DNA of 64,000 bases from a virus (lineage: Duplodnaviria; Caudoviricetes), in IMG/VR virus record IMGVR_UViG_3300029288_000084, positions 32,001-96,000 of that record; one strand, written 5' to 3'. Positions 30,765 through 39,875 of this stretch are shown here, piece by piece (the stretch's first letter is position 1; each line of letters starts with the position of its first letter). Under the pieces are notes generated by a model that saw only the letters and a list, made by a program, of their open reading frames with translations, was not told where the DNA came from and did no database searches. The position numbers and the translations under genes were made by a program.

Positions 30765-30796
30765 TTGCGTAGCCTCCTAAAAATTTTATAACAAAA

Positions 30797-31018
30797 TTAT
30801 ATTTTTAAAATTCCTTCTAAAATAGACTCCCTAATCTTTGTAGCTTCTTCTGGGGTATCAAAAAACCATTCTAGTGAATTACCATCGAAAAAAAGTGATA
30901 TGTGAGAAACAATTTTCTTCTCTTTATCAATTTCTTTTTCTACAGTTTTTACATCAGAGATACCTGTAATTGAATCAGCTCTAATTAAATACCCTGGCAA
31001 TTTGATATACATATTCAC
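30797..31018 (-). CDS. Hypothetical protein
   Basis: ORF with RBS. Confidence 0.6.
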   Translation of the reverse strand: MNMYIKLPGYLIRADSITGISDVKTVEKEIDKEKKIVSHISLFFDGNSLEWFFDTPEEATKIRESILEGILKI

Positions 31019-31022
31019 TCCT

Positions 31023-31053
31023 ATTTTAATCGATATTGTATGTTAATTTAGTA
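31023..31053 (-). promoter_or_regulatory. Promoter TACTAAAT-N17-TAAAAT
   Basis: Same motif with a -10 variant. Confidence 0.65.
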
Positions 31054-31434
31054 TCAAAACTGAGGTACACCAGCTAAATCTCTATCAATTTTTTTCTTGT
31101 ACTCAACCCATAGTGATCTGATTGCTACATAGATGTTAAAAATGTTTGGCTTTGATTCTTCACTGATTAGAATTTCATCAAGATTGAAATAAATTCTTGC
31201 ACGATGTTCACCAAAGAAAATTTCAATTTCGGAATAGTTTAATACAGATTCCCCTTCAATTCCAAAATTACTTATGGTATTTTGCATTTGTTCATTGATA
31301 TTTATACCTACAATTTCATCCATATAAATCATCATTTGGTGCTTAGAAACATCTTCATATCTAATTACCAACATGTTATCATTAACAGTAGAAATTTTTA
31401 CATTTTGTAGATTTTTTTTGATTTCTAGAAACAT
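31054..31434 (-). CDS. Hypothetical protein
   Basis: ORF with GGAGG RBS. Confidence 0.6.
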   Translation of the reverse strand: MFLEIKKNLQNVKISTVNDNMLVIRYEDVSKHQMMIYMDEIVGININEQMQNTISNFGIEGESVLNYSEIEIFFGEHRARIYFNLDEILISEESKPNIFNIYVAIRSLWVEYKKKIDRDLAGVPQF

Positions 31435-31435
31435 T

Positions 31436-31726
31436 TTATTCCTCCTTTTTTTCTTTCCAAATCCAACTTAATTTGATACAGTCACATATTGGTTCAAGTA
31501 CCCAATTTTTTCCACAAGAACATTTGATATTTGCCTCTTTGAAATAACTACTTTTGATTTTTAACAATGTTTTACCACAAGAACACTTCAAAATTATAGT
31601 TTTTTGTCTTCTGAATAACACTTTTCCATAATTCCTCGGTATTTGTATTGGCTGAACTGAATAAAGAGCTTCTGCTATTTGTTTTGGAATAGATTTTCTA
31701 ATTAACTGTAGTAGATCGTCGTTCAT
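31436..31726 (-). CDS. Small protein with a gp23-like N-terminal motif and a Zn ribbon
   Basis: LLQLIRKSIPKQIAEALYSVQPI resembles the capsid segment LISVIRRGYPNLIGMDLYGTQPM; two CSCG motifs. Confidence 0.55.
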   Translation of the reverse strand: MNDDLLQLIRKSIPKQIAEALYSVQPIQIPRNYGKVLFRRQKTIILKCSCGKTLLKIKSSYFKEANIKCSCGKNWVLEPICDCIKLSWIWKEKKEE

Positions 31727-31993
31727 GTTCCTCTTACAAATTCAATTAAATTAGACAAAGCTTCTTTCCAATCTCTAGCATCGCCTGTAGCTGGCTCATC
31801 CATATAAATAAATTCCTCAAGAGGATTTAAGGTTTCTCCACTCTCCTTTTTTTTACTAACCTCATCCCAATCCGGTAATTTAATTTTCTTCATTGTTTTT
31901 ACCTAATCATCGTATTCATCATCTTCTAGCCCATCATCGGTAATAAACTCTTCATCCTCAATTTCTTCTTCGTTTTCTTCAATTTCTTTGTCT

Positions 31994-33586
31994 TCAGGAC
32001 CCATTGTTTGCCTCCATGTTTATTTCTTTGACTTCGTAAGGAAAACCTTCTTTACTATAATACTTTAAACGAGCATTGTGATGTATAAATGAAAAATTAT
32101 CTACTCTGTGCATTCTACCTGTTTCTTTGTTGAGTTCCATTACAGATAGATTATCAACTATATCTATAACTGTGAGTCGTTTTTTTGACTCATGAATTCT
32201 TAGACCTCGACCAATAGCTTGCAACACTCTTATCTTTGATTTGCTTCCAGCAGCTGAAACAATATTGTGTAGATTTTTAATATTAATTCCAACGCCAAAA
32301 ACTTGAACTGATGCAACAACGATGCAGTTAGAATCTCGTTCACAATGAGCTCTTACTTCCTCTCTTATTTGAGCAGGAGTTGAACCATCGATGTAAAAAA
32401 CTTTATTTATACCTTTCGTAAGTTCAGTTATTCGATTAAATAAATACTGGCCATGTTCAATTCGAGTAAACAAAACAAGGGTATTTTGTTTCATCATAGA
32501 AACTAATCTACAAACCGCTTGATTTCTTCTTATGTGACTGTAGATATATTCAATTTCTTTTTGAAAAGCTTTTTTATTATCACCCTGAGCTAACGCTAAT
32601 TGACGCATTAATTGACATTCTCGTTCAGGATATTTAAATACGTAAGGAAATATTTTTATCGGTGATAAGATACCTTTTTCTATCAAAGTTTTTGTTCTTA
32701 TGATTTGATAGATTTCACCTACAAGTCCATTCATTACTAAATGATGAACTGGCCAATCATCAGTTGTTCCAGTCGCACCTAAACGCCAATCAGCATTTAT
32801 ACAACTTTCGGCAATTTCAATCAAGCACTTTGCTTTTCCATATTGATGAAATTCATCGAGAATAATTGCTTTGAATCTTTTGAAATAGTTTATCATAGAG
32901 CCATAAACTGGCTTGATATGTATACTTTGTATAGATTGCCAAGTTGATATTGTAATTTGTTTCGAAGTGTTTTTTTCCAATCCACTCATAATAATGTGAA
33001 TTTTATCACCAATAACATTGTATTTTTCATCATAGTGAATAAAATCACTTTGCATTTGTAATACAAGAGAAGTTGTTGGAACAACAAGAAGAATCTGTTC
33101 ATCAGATTTCAAAACATGTTCCAATAAATATTTGATATAGAGATAATATGCAAAAGATTTACCAGAGCCAGTTGGTGAAATAGCAACAAGACGCTTCAAG
33201 TATAAAGCAGCTTTTAGTAGATCTTTCTGATGCTCGTAAGTTCCTTTGATATCATCAGGTGGTGTGATAGATGAAATAAAATTTTCTATTTCAGAAATAG
33301 GAATTCCTTTATTTATATCATCAAATGAATTATCAATTTCATATGTGATACCTAATTCATTTAATTTTTGGATTAATTTATCTTTTAATCCAATATACAT
33401 TCTACCAGTTTTTTTCTGATATAAGTAAATTTTACCATCCCAAACACCCGCCCTGAATTTTGGTTGATACCAACTATCAGGTAGTATGTAAGACAAAGAT
33501 TCAACAAGATTTTTTTCTATCCCTTCATCTTCAGGAATGGCTAAAAGGTAACTTTCGTTAAGTTTTGTGATTGATACGTTTGGCAT
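31994..33586 (-). CDS. uvsW: SF2 DNA helicase UvsW
   Basis: WDGKIYL, PTGSGKS, DEFH, GATGT, QAIGRGLR. Confidence 0.95.
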   Translation of the reverse strand: MPNVSITKLNESYLLAIPEDEGIEKNLVESLSYILPDSWYQPKFRAGVWDGKIYLYQKKTGRMYIGLKDKLIQKLNELGITYEIDNSFDDINKGIPISEIENFISSITPPDDIKGTYEHQKDLLKAALYLKRLVAISPTGSGKSFAYYLYIKYLLEHVLKSDEQILLVVPTTSLVLQMQSDFIHYDEKYNVIGDKIHIIMSGLEKNTSKQITISTWQSIQSIHIKPVYGSMINYFKRFKAIILDEFHQYGKAKCLIEIAESCINADWRLGATGTTDDWPVHHLVMNGLVGEIYQIIRTKTLIEKGILSPIKIFPYVFKYPERECQLMRQLALAQGDNKKAFQKEIEYIYSHIRRNQAVCRLVSMMKQNTLVLFTRIEHGQYLFNRITELTKGINKVFYIDGSTPAQIREEVRAHCERDSNCIVVASVQVFGVGINIKNLHNIVSAAGSKSKIRVLQAIGRGLRIHESKKRLTVIDIVDNLSVMELNKETGRMHRVDNFSFIHHNARLKYYSKEGFPYEVKEINMEANNGS

Positions 33587-33877
33587 TTACTTTTTCATAT
33601 TCTTCAAGTACCCTTCGACAATAAAGTACTCATCAGAAATTGGCATTGCATTTACCAAGTAGGTTGATATTAGTAAAAGTATAACGATCTCTGATTCTAT
33701 TTTTATTTATCAGCATCTTTAAATAATCCTTCTATTTTTTTTATTAAATAATAATTTAACTTTAGTATTTTCAGTATTTTCTCCTTTAATACGGGGTCCA
33801 AATAATTTTTGACATACCATAAATATTTTATGATCTAACCAAAGACGAAATTGTGAAATTATTGAATTTTCTTTCAT

Positions 33878-34159
33878 TCAATCTTCTTTATTTTGCTGAA
33901 CAGGGAATTGGATAATATTATCTTTCACTTGAGGTTTTTCTTCAGAAATTTGTAAGTATGTGTATAAAGTTTTTATAACTAAAGCTAAATCACCATCTTC
34001 TGGTTTATGTGCAATGGGCGGCATATCAGGATGTTTTGGTTTCATCAATACATAATCATAACCACTTTCACCACCAACTCCTTGGTTTCCGCCACCAAGC
34101 ATCATTATTTCAAACTCTTCTGTTTGTTCATCATTGTTAAAAATTTTTACTTTTATCAT
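33878..34159 (-). CDS. Hypothetical protein
   Basis: ORF with RBS. Confidence 0.55.
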   Translation of the reverse strand: MIKVKIFNNDEQTEEFEIMMLGGGNQGVGGESGYDYVLMKPKHPDMPPIAHKPEDGDLALVIKTLYTYLQISEEKPQVKDNIIQFPVQQNKED

Positions 34160-34398
34160 ATTTTCTCCGGTATAAAAATATTACCATTTTTTAATTCAAT
34201 TCTAGTTAATGGGCATTTTTCTTCTTCAATACAATAAATTGTTCCAATAGGATCAGGAAAAGTTTTTAACGTTAATGCACAACAATCATGTATAAGATTA
34301 CATTCTGAACCTTGTTCATAATCATCACTACGACAAGGACATTTATTGCAATTTATCATATTTCCCCCTAATAATTTACCATTTAATACTCTTTTCAA
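34156..34398 (-). CDS. Small Cys-rich hypothetical protein
   Basis: CNKCP...CPL. Confidence 0.5.
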   Translation of the reverse strand: MKRVLNGKLLGGNMINCNKCPCRSDDYEQGSECNLIHDCCALTLKTFPDPIGTIYCIEEEKCPLTRIELKNGNIFIPEKI

Positions 34399-34532
34399 TA
34401 TCAGAAATTAAATTTTTCATCATTTCAATTTTATGTTTTAACATTAAAATCAATCTTCTCTTATTTAGTCGATCAAAGTTGTAACTAGTAGGTTTTAGAC
34501 TAAGTGTTTTTTGTCCCCATATTTTTTTCATA

Positions 34533-34892
34533 TTACTCTCTTATAGCAATTCTAATACATATTGCATATTGTATCTTTTTTTTATCATCCATTTTTATAG
34601 GAATTGTTCCAAGTTGATAAAATTTTATTTGTTTATTTTCAAAATAATAATTTAGCATTTTCAATATATCTGGAAAATTTTCATATATGATATATTCTTG
34701 CTGAAGTAATATATCTGTTTGATAAGAATTTGCTACCCATTCTCTTTCTCCTTCTCCTTCTGTTGGAAAAGTCATTAAACCATAATAAGTAAATCTTGGT
34801 TCTTGTTTTTGTAAATAATTATGAAAAGCTGAGATAATAGCATTTTCTGATGTTAACATTTTATTCTCCAGCGAGAAACTTGCGGAACTCAA
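34533..34892 (-). CDS. Hypothetical protein
   Basis: ORF; probable start MLTS near 34859. Confidence 0.55.
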   Translation of the reverse strand: MSSASFSLENKMLTSENAIISAFHNYLQKQEPRFTYYGLMTFPTEGEGEREWVANSYQTDILLQQEYIIYENFPDILKMLNYYFENKQIKFYQLGTIPIKMDDKKKIQYAICIRIAIRE

Positions 34893-35262
34893 TCATATTT
34901 TTGATAGCCCATCCACGATCCCGGAAATTGCTTATTGTTTCAGAAATGAATTTTATTAAGGAAGATTGATTCGAAATTTTTTCTTTTAATTCTCGAACTT
35001 CTTCATCTCCATCTACAAATATGAGAAGCTCTTTTTGTGTATCTGGAATTAGAGAATATTTTGTTCTGTAAAACACAATTTTTTCAGCATATAGTTGTTC
35101 ATATTGTTTTTGTAATTTGTTTATTGTAGTACTTTCACCTAAAAAAATGTTGATGTATTTTTGAATGAGCAAGGGGTTTTCAGAAGCATCAAAATCTAAT
35201 TTATTATGATCAATTTTCAATTCTTTGTTGATAGCTGTTTGTAGTTCTTTAATAGTAATCAT
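34861..35262 (-). CDS. uvsY: Recombination mediator UvsY
   Basis: LKID..LD......P....KY; C-terminal RGWAIKNMIEFRKFLAG; near uvsW. Confidence 0.88.
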   Translation of the reverse strand: MITIKELQTAINKELKIDHNKLDFDASENPLLIQKYINIFLGESTTINKLQKQYEQLYAEKIVFYRTKYSLIPDTQKELLIFVDGDEEVRELKEKISNQSSLIKFISETISNFRDRGWAIKNMIEFRKFLAGE

Positions 35263-35276
35263 GTAACCTCAAATCA

Positions 35277-35307
35277 ATTATAATATATTTAAGAAGTTAA
35301 TTTAGTA
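35277..35307 (-). promoter_or_regulatory. Promoter TACTAAAT-N17-TATAAT
   Basis: Exact motif upstream of uvsY. Confidence 0.75.
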
Positions 35308-35309
35308 AA

Positions 35310-36038
35310 TTAGCCACAAATAATATCGATTGGAAGCCTATGTGTATCTTGAAGCTCTTTTTCTAAAGCTTCTCTATCCTTTTCACCCTTGCTTCTAATT
35401 CCTTCAGCATTCAATGTTGACCCACCGGGTAAAGGAACCCCAGAATATTTGCACAAATTATCACCCCATTGTTCTCTAAAACAAGCGACCACATATTTTT
35501 TCAACCAATCGTTGTTATAAATATCAGGGAAATCATACGGATCATTCATTTTATAAACACGTAAAGCTAAAGTTTTTGACTCAACTGGTGCAGGAATAAA
35601 TTGAATTTGATGTGTTGTTGTATTGAAATTATAACCAGTTTCTTGACGAAATTTAATATCAATCATTTTCATCTTTTCAGCAAGTAATTCAAAACCAATC
35701 AAATCAATGTCACCAATCCATCGTCTTTCATTTAAGAATTCCCATTGAATAGAAAACGTTGGTTCGGACAATACTTCCTGAGTTACTTCAATCATATAAG
35801 GAATTGCTAAAATATCATCATCAAGGGTGTATTTATCAAGAGCTGCTGTGACTGCTAATAGTGAATATGTTAAACTTACACCTTCATCATGATATTTACA
35901 AAACATCTGAAGAGCATCATCAATTAAATCTGTTTGCTGTTCTGGCGTTATTTCAATATTTATAACACCATCACCTAGCTTACGAAGGGCATATGTTTTT
36001 AACCCTGCAAGCGTAGTTATTTTGTTAATACCCTTCAT
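35310..36038 (-). CDS. Neck protein (gp13-like)
   Basis: YALRKLG..VINIEIT, WLKKY...QWGDNLCKY.GVPLPGG. Confidence 0.93.
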   Translation of the reverse strand: MKGINKITTLAGLKTYALRKLGDGVINIEITPEQQTDLIDDALQMFCKYHDEGVSLTYSLLAVTAALDKYTLDDDILAIPYMIEVTQEVLSEPTFSIQWEFLNERRWIGDIDLIGFELLAEKMKMIDIKFRQETGYNFNTTTHQIQFIPAPVESKTLALRVYKMNDPYDFPDIYNNDWLKKYVVACFREQWGDNLCKYSGVPLPGGSTLNAEGIRSKGEKDREALEKELQDTHRLPIDIICG

Positions 36039-36385
36039 TATACTTTTTTAGCGTTTTTAGTTACTAAATTTTCTTTTGTACCTAATCCACTTAATGCTTC
36101 TTGTGAACCATCGATGATAGCATTTAGAATTTCTTTTGCTTTGGTAAAATCAACTGAAGCACCTAAATCTTTAGCCTTTAAAACATTTTCATTTACTTTG
36201 TTAAGACCGCTTTTAATTGTGGCATTGCAGGCAGCTACCTTGTTTTCATTCTCCCTCTTCATCTCAGGAGTTGCAGCATTTTTACCAGATTCATCACCGG
36301 TTAGGTTTCTAGGTTCACCAGTAACCTTTTGCCCCTTAATTCCCTTTTCTGTTTCTTCTTTTAAAAATTCTTTGAAGTTAATCAT
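36038..36385 (-). CDS. Putative internal head protein
   Basis: N-terminus MINFKEFLKEE, like the T4 capsid-targeting sequence. Confidence 0.55.
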   Translation of the reverse strand: MINFKEFLKEETEKGIKGQKVTGEPRNLTGDESGKNAATPEMKRENENKVAACNATIKSGLNKVNENVLKAKDLGASVDFTKAKEILNAIIDGSQEALSGLGTKENLVTKNAKKV

Positions 36386-36764
36386 TTTTAATCTCCTTTA
36401 TTTTCTCTTCATATTTTTTTGTCAAACTTTTTACAAGCATTGTTTTGGATCTTTTTGGTTTATTACTGCCTTCAATCTCTTTAATTGCAATATTTAACTC
36501 ATCTGTTAATTTTGTAATCAGAGTTTCATTATTTTCTTCTAAGAGATTTGAATAATCATTTTCTTTAATAGATTCTACTTTTTCAGGAACTGTTTCTGGT
36601 ACTTGAATTACAGGTATAATTCCAGGCAGTAACTTTAACATCGTAGGAAATTTATTCTCTAGTCCATCAGGAAGATTTATATTTTTACCTACAATGATAC
36701 GATAAGACATTTTATCATCGTTTAACAACCATTCGTAACTTACTTTGTTCCAATAATTTGCCAC
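36378..36764 (-). CDS. Hypothetical protein
   Basis: Packed ORF in a late operon. Confidence 0.6.
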   Translation of the reverse strand: MANYWNKVSYEWLLNDDKMSYRIIVGKNINLPDGLENKFPTMLKLLPGIIPVIQVPETVPEKVESIKENDYSNLLEENNETLITKLTDELNIAIKEIEGSNKPKRSKTMLVKSLTKKYEEKIKEIKND

Positions 36765-36765
36765 A

Positions 36766-36993
36766 TTACCCCCTAAAATCGATATTTAGATCACCAAAAA
36801 ATTTTTTGAAACTATTTATAATCTCGCCATTTTTCATTCCGCCACAACGAAAATAGTCAGTAGTAAAATTGATAGAAACTCCTCCTTTATCCCTTTTAAT
36901 TGCTAATCGAGCATCAGAATCTTTATCTATAGTTACCCTTTCTATTGTTGGGTCAATCACACCTTCTTTTAACAACTCACTAAACTTTTCCAT
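36766..36993 (-). CDS. Putative internal head protein
   Basis: MEKFSELLKE N-terminus; late promoter upstream. Confidence 0.55.
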   Translation of the reverse strand: MEKFSELLKEGVIDPTIERVTIDKDSDARLAIKRDKGGVSINFTTDYFRCGGMKNGEIINSFKKFFGDLNIDFRG

Positions 36994-37009
36994 TTATTTC
37001 TCCTTAATG

Positions 37010-37017
37010 TATTTATA
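37010..37017 (-). promoter_or_regulatory. T4-type late promoter TATAAATA
   Basis: Exact box, intergenic; gp55 is encoded in this window. Confidence 0.75.
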
Positions 37018-37022
37018 AAACC

Positions 37023-37565
37023 TTATGTTGGTTCAACAGTTAAATCAAAACTATCAAATGAAAAAGAACAGTCACATGTTAAAATATCAGATCCAGCTTT
37101 AACTGAAAAGGATATTCCGCCAATAGAAACAGGGAAACAATCTATAAATCTAAAAACAACCTGATCATTTTTCTTATTAGTCAAAATATGAAGCTCACAA
37201 TCAGATTTTACCGAATTTACAAATGTGCTTATTTTTTCCATCTGTTGTTGTGCTGATAATTGCATAACGTCTGGAAGTACTTGTAATTCTTTTGTATATA
37301 ACATCCACTTATACAATTGTCTGTAATTTGATAATGTTTCATCTATTATGAATGTTACCCGGAGATCAGAAAATGATAAAGAGGATCCAATGTGTTTAAA
37401 TTCATAAAACGGTGTATGAATTCCAAATTTTCCAATTGATATATCAGGTGTTCCTACGTCTACAATAGAATAAGAAACCTCAGGGAATTTTTCAATTACA
37501 AAATAATGATTTTGCCCCGATAATTGGGCATTTAGATTTGAAGAAGAATTAATTAATTGACTCAT
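37023..37565 (-). CDS. Tail tube terminator / completion protein (gp3-like)
   Basis: P.ISIG, LSFSDLRVTFIIDETLSNYRQLYKWM, FIDCFPVSIGGISF. Confidence 0.8.
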   Translation of the reverse strand: MSQLINSSSNLNAQLSGQNHYFVIEKFPEVSYSIVDVGTPDISIGKFGIHTPFYEFKHIGSSLSFSDLRVTFIIDETLSNYRQLYKWMLYTKELQVLPDVMQLSAQQQMEKISTFVNSVKSDCELHILTNKKNDQVVFRFIDCFPVSIGGISFSVKAGSDILTCDCSFSFDSFDLTVEPT

Positions 37566-39190
37566 ACTTCTTCATCTTTTGGTTGAGGTTCTTTTTTCTT
37601 TGGTGGAACGGAATCCTCTTTTTTGGGTGGAAATTGACCACTTCCTCCAGAACTGCCACCAGCTCCCTCATTACCCAAATCAGGATTCAAAGCTGCCTCT
37701 TCTTTTGCTTTTTCTTCTCGGACTTTTTTACATTCTTCCTTTTTCTTCTTCCATTCTTCTTCTGTGTATTTCAAAATCTTGATTGCTATATCATCATCTG
37801 TGTAGTAAACGCCAACAAAATCTCTCATCTTGCTAGCAAGATCGAGTCTATTGTTAAGCATTTCAGATTCTTTAATTTCTTCATAGTAATTATCATTTGT
37901 GTAAATATAACGGAATTTTTTCTTTATTTTGTCTAAAGTTTCTTTCGTTAATTTACCTTTAAATAGTAATTGTCTGTAAAGAAGTTCTGTAAATAAGGTT
38001 GAAAATTGTTTTCGAAGTTTATTTATGAACTTCATAAACTTAACTTCATCTCTCTCAATTTGGGTACTTCTTCCACTATCAAAGAGTGCCTTTTCCTTTG
38101 TTTCACGTCTTGACTCAGGTACTTTTAATGCTTTGTAAACCTTCAATACAAAGTAATAAAGATCATCTAATTCCCCAAGATTTGATCCACCTGCTAATGT
38201 TGAAATCGAAGATCCTTGGCCGTTGGTACTTTTACCAACGTAAAAATCCTCAATCATAGCCATTGTATTTTTTGTATTTGTAACTTGGCCAGTAGCAGAA
38301 TCATAAACAATTCTGTTTTGGAATTTGTGAATCAGACTCTTAATGTATTCTTCTGCTTTGGGTTTTGATAAATTGCCAGTATCAATTGAAAATACTCTTT
38401 TTTCAGGTGCTCTTACAATTCGATAAATTACAATAGCATCTTCTATCAATCTTAAGTTGTTTATTGCCTTTAAAGCTTTGTGTAGATATGAGACTTCAAG
38501 TCCAGTAACTCTATCAGTTCTAGCACTGCCAATATGAACAACTAGATCAGGTGAAACTTTCCATCTTAATTGTTTTTGTGGATCTGTGTAAATCCAATAT
38601 GTTTCTTTTTCTTTGATCTTAAATTCTTGTCTATCCTTTTGCTCTAATATCTTTTTAACATTTAATGGATCGAGTCTGTTTATTTTTAGAATGCCATTAC
38701 TTGTATTTTTTTTGCCAACTACTACTTCTAAATCTAATCTCCCATCTATATACCAAGTTTCAAAGTAATCTTGACCTTTTTGATTGAAAGATAAAAGATC
38801 TAAAATATTATCAAATTCTTCTTCTATTTCTTTTTTGATAGTATCAGCTAAATCTTTTTTGTCAATTCCAGATAAGTCAAGTTTAACTGAAACATCTTCA
38901 GAATCATTTATTACAGACTCATTTACAATTTCATCAATTGCTTCACCAACCTCTGGATAATTTGAAATTAATCTCCACGTACGTGTGTATGATTCCAATT
39001 GTTGTGAATTTTTTTCAACGGTAGCATCTGCTGATGTATTATATTCAAATGTAATCTGATACATTCCACCAGGCAGTTCATTTGAAAATTCAGTTGTCTG
39101 GCTTCTTTCAATTTCAGTTGTTGGTTTATCAACAAAAATTTCTTTAGCAGGTGCTACACTCTTGCCCAACCAATCTTCTAGTAAATTCAT
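37562..39190 (-). CDS. Portal protein (gp20-like)
   Basis: PEVGEAIDEIVNE, WYIDGR, SYLHKA, EDAIVIYRIVRAPEKRVF. Confidence 0.97.
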   Translation of the reverse strand: MNLLEDWLGKSVAPAKEIFVDKPTTEIERSQTTEFSNELPGGMYQITFEYNTSADATVEKNSQQLESYTRTWRLISNYPEVGEAIDEIVNESVINDSEDVSVKLDLSGIDKKDLADTIKKEIEEEFDNILDLLSFNQKGQDYFETWYIDGRLDLEVVVGKKNTSNGILKINRLDPLNVKKILEQKDRQEFKIKEKETYWIYTDPQKQLRWKVSPDLVVHIGSARTDRVTGLEVSYLHKALKAINNLRLIEDAIVIYRIVRAPEKRVFSIDTGNLSKPKAEEYIKSLIHKFQNRIVYDSATGQVTNTKNTMAMIEDFYVGKSTNGQGSSISTLAGGSNLGELDDLYYFVLKVYKALKVPESRRETKEKALFDSGRSTQIERDEVKFMKFINKLRKQFSTLFTELLYRQLLFKGKLTKETLDKIKKKFRYIYTNDNYYEEIKESEMLNNRLDLASKMRDFVGVYYTDDDIAIKILKYTEEEWKKKKEECKKVREEKAKEEAALNPDLGNEGAGGSSGGSGQFPPKKEDSVPPKKKEPQPKDEEV

Positions 39191-39205
39191 ATTTTCTCCA
39201 CTACA

Positions 39206-39213
39206 TATTTATA
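39206..39213 (-). promoter_or_regulatory. Late promoter TATAAATA
   Basis: Exact box upstream of the portal gene. Confidence 0.75.
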
Positions 39214-39218
39214 AGACA

Positions 39219-39875
39219 TTAAATTCTTTTCCTTGTAAATTTTTTCTTAGCTTCATTTTTTAATTTTCTAACCCTTTCTTTTTCTAACCTAATACTTTTT
39301 TGTATATTAGATTCTCGTTTAGGTGGTTGAATTCGATTTTTAACACGATGAAGAGATTGTAATTGATATTTCGTATCCTCGTAGGCCGTTTGAGCAGTAG
39401 CATCAATCCATTGTGCTCCTTCTGTTGTCATAGCATTGTACCATTCACGCCAATGTAATTCTACAAGATTGGATTTTATTCTTGATCTAATATATTTTCG
39501 GATAATTACCATGCCCTCTCTATACCATAAATTTGCTGCGTTCTTAATTTCATAATATGGTACGTGAGCTGGCAATTCTTTTTTGAGTAATTTGTAATTT
39601 TTAAGGATAATTTTCTTGATAAAATATTCTCTAGTTAATCTAGGAAGATAATGAAATGCTAAACCTAAAATATATTTTGAATCTACAGAAAGAACTAAAA
39701 TAATAGGAAAGGCATCATAGTATGCTAATTTACCTTCTTCATACATCTTACTATCATAATTGAAAAAATATATTTTTCCGGGGATGATATTTTTTGATCG
39801 ACCAGTTCTTAAGTTTTTTTCAGTGTATTTTTTCCAAAAATTTCTTTGTGCCTGCGTTATATTCAAATATGCCAT
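39219..39875 (-). CDS. DNA end protector protein (gp2-like)
   Basis: PGKIYFFNYD.K...LAYYDAFP, GLAFHYL. Confidence 0.88.
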   Translation of the reverse strand: MAYLNITQAQRNFWKKYTEKNLRTGRSKNIIPGKIYFFNYDSKMYEEGKLAYYDAFPIILVLSVDSKYILGLAFHYLPRLTREYFIKKIILKNYKLLKKELPAHVPYYEIKNAANLWYREGMVIIRKYIRSRIKSNLVELHWREWYNAMTTEGAQWIDATAQTAYEDTKYQLQSLHRVKNRIQPPKRESNIQKSIRLEKERVRKLKNEAKKKFTRKRI

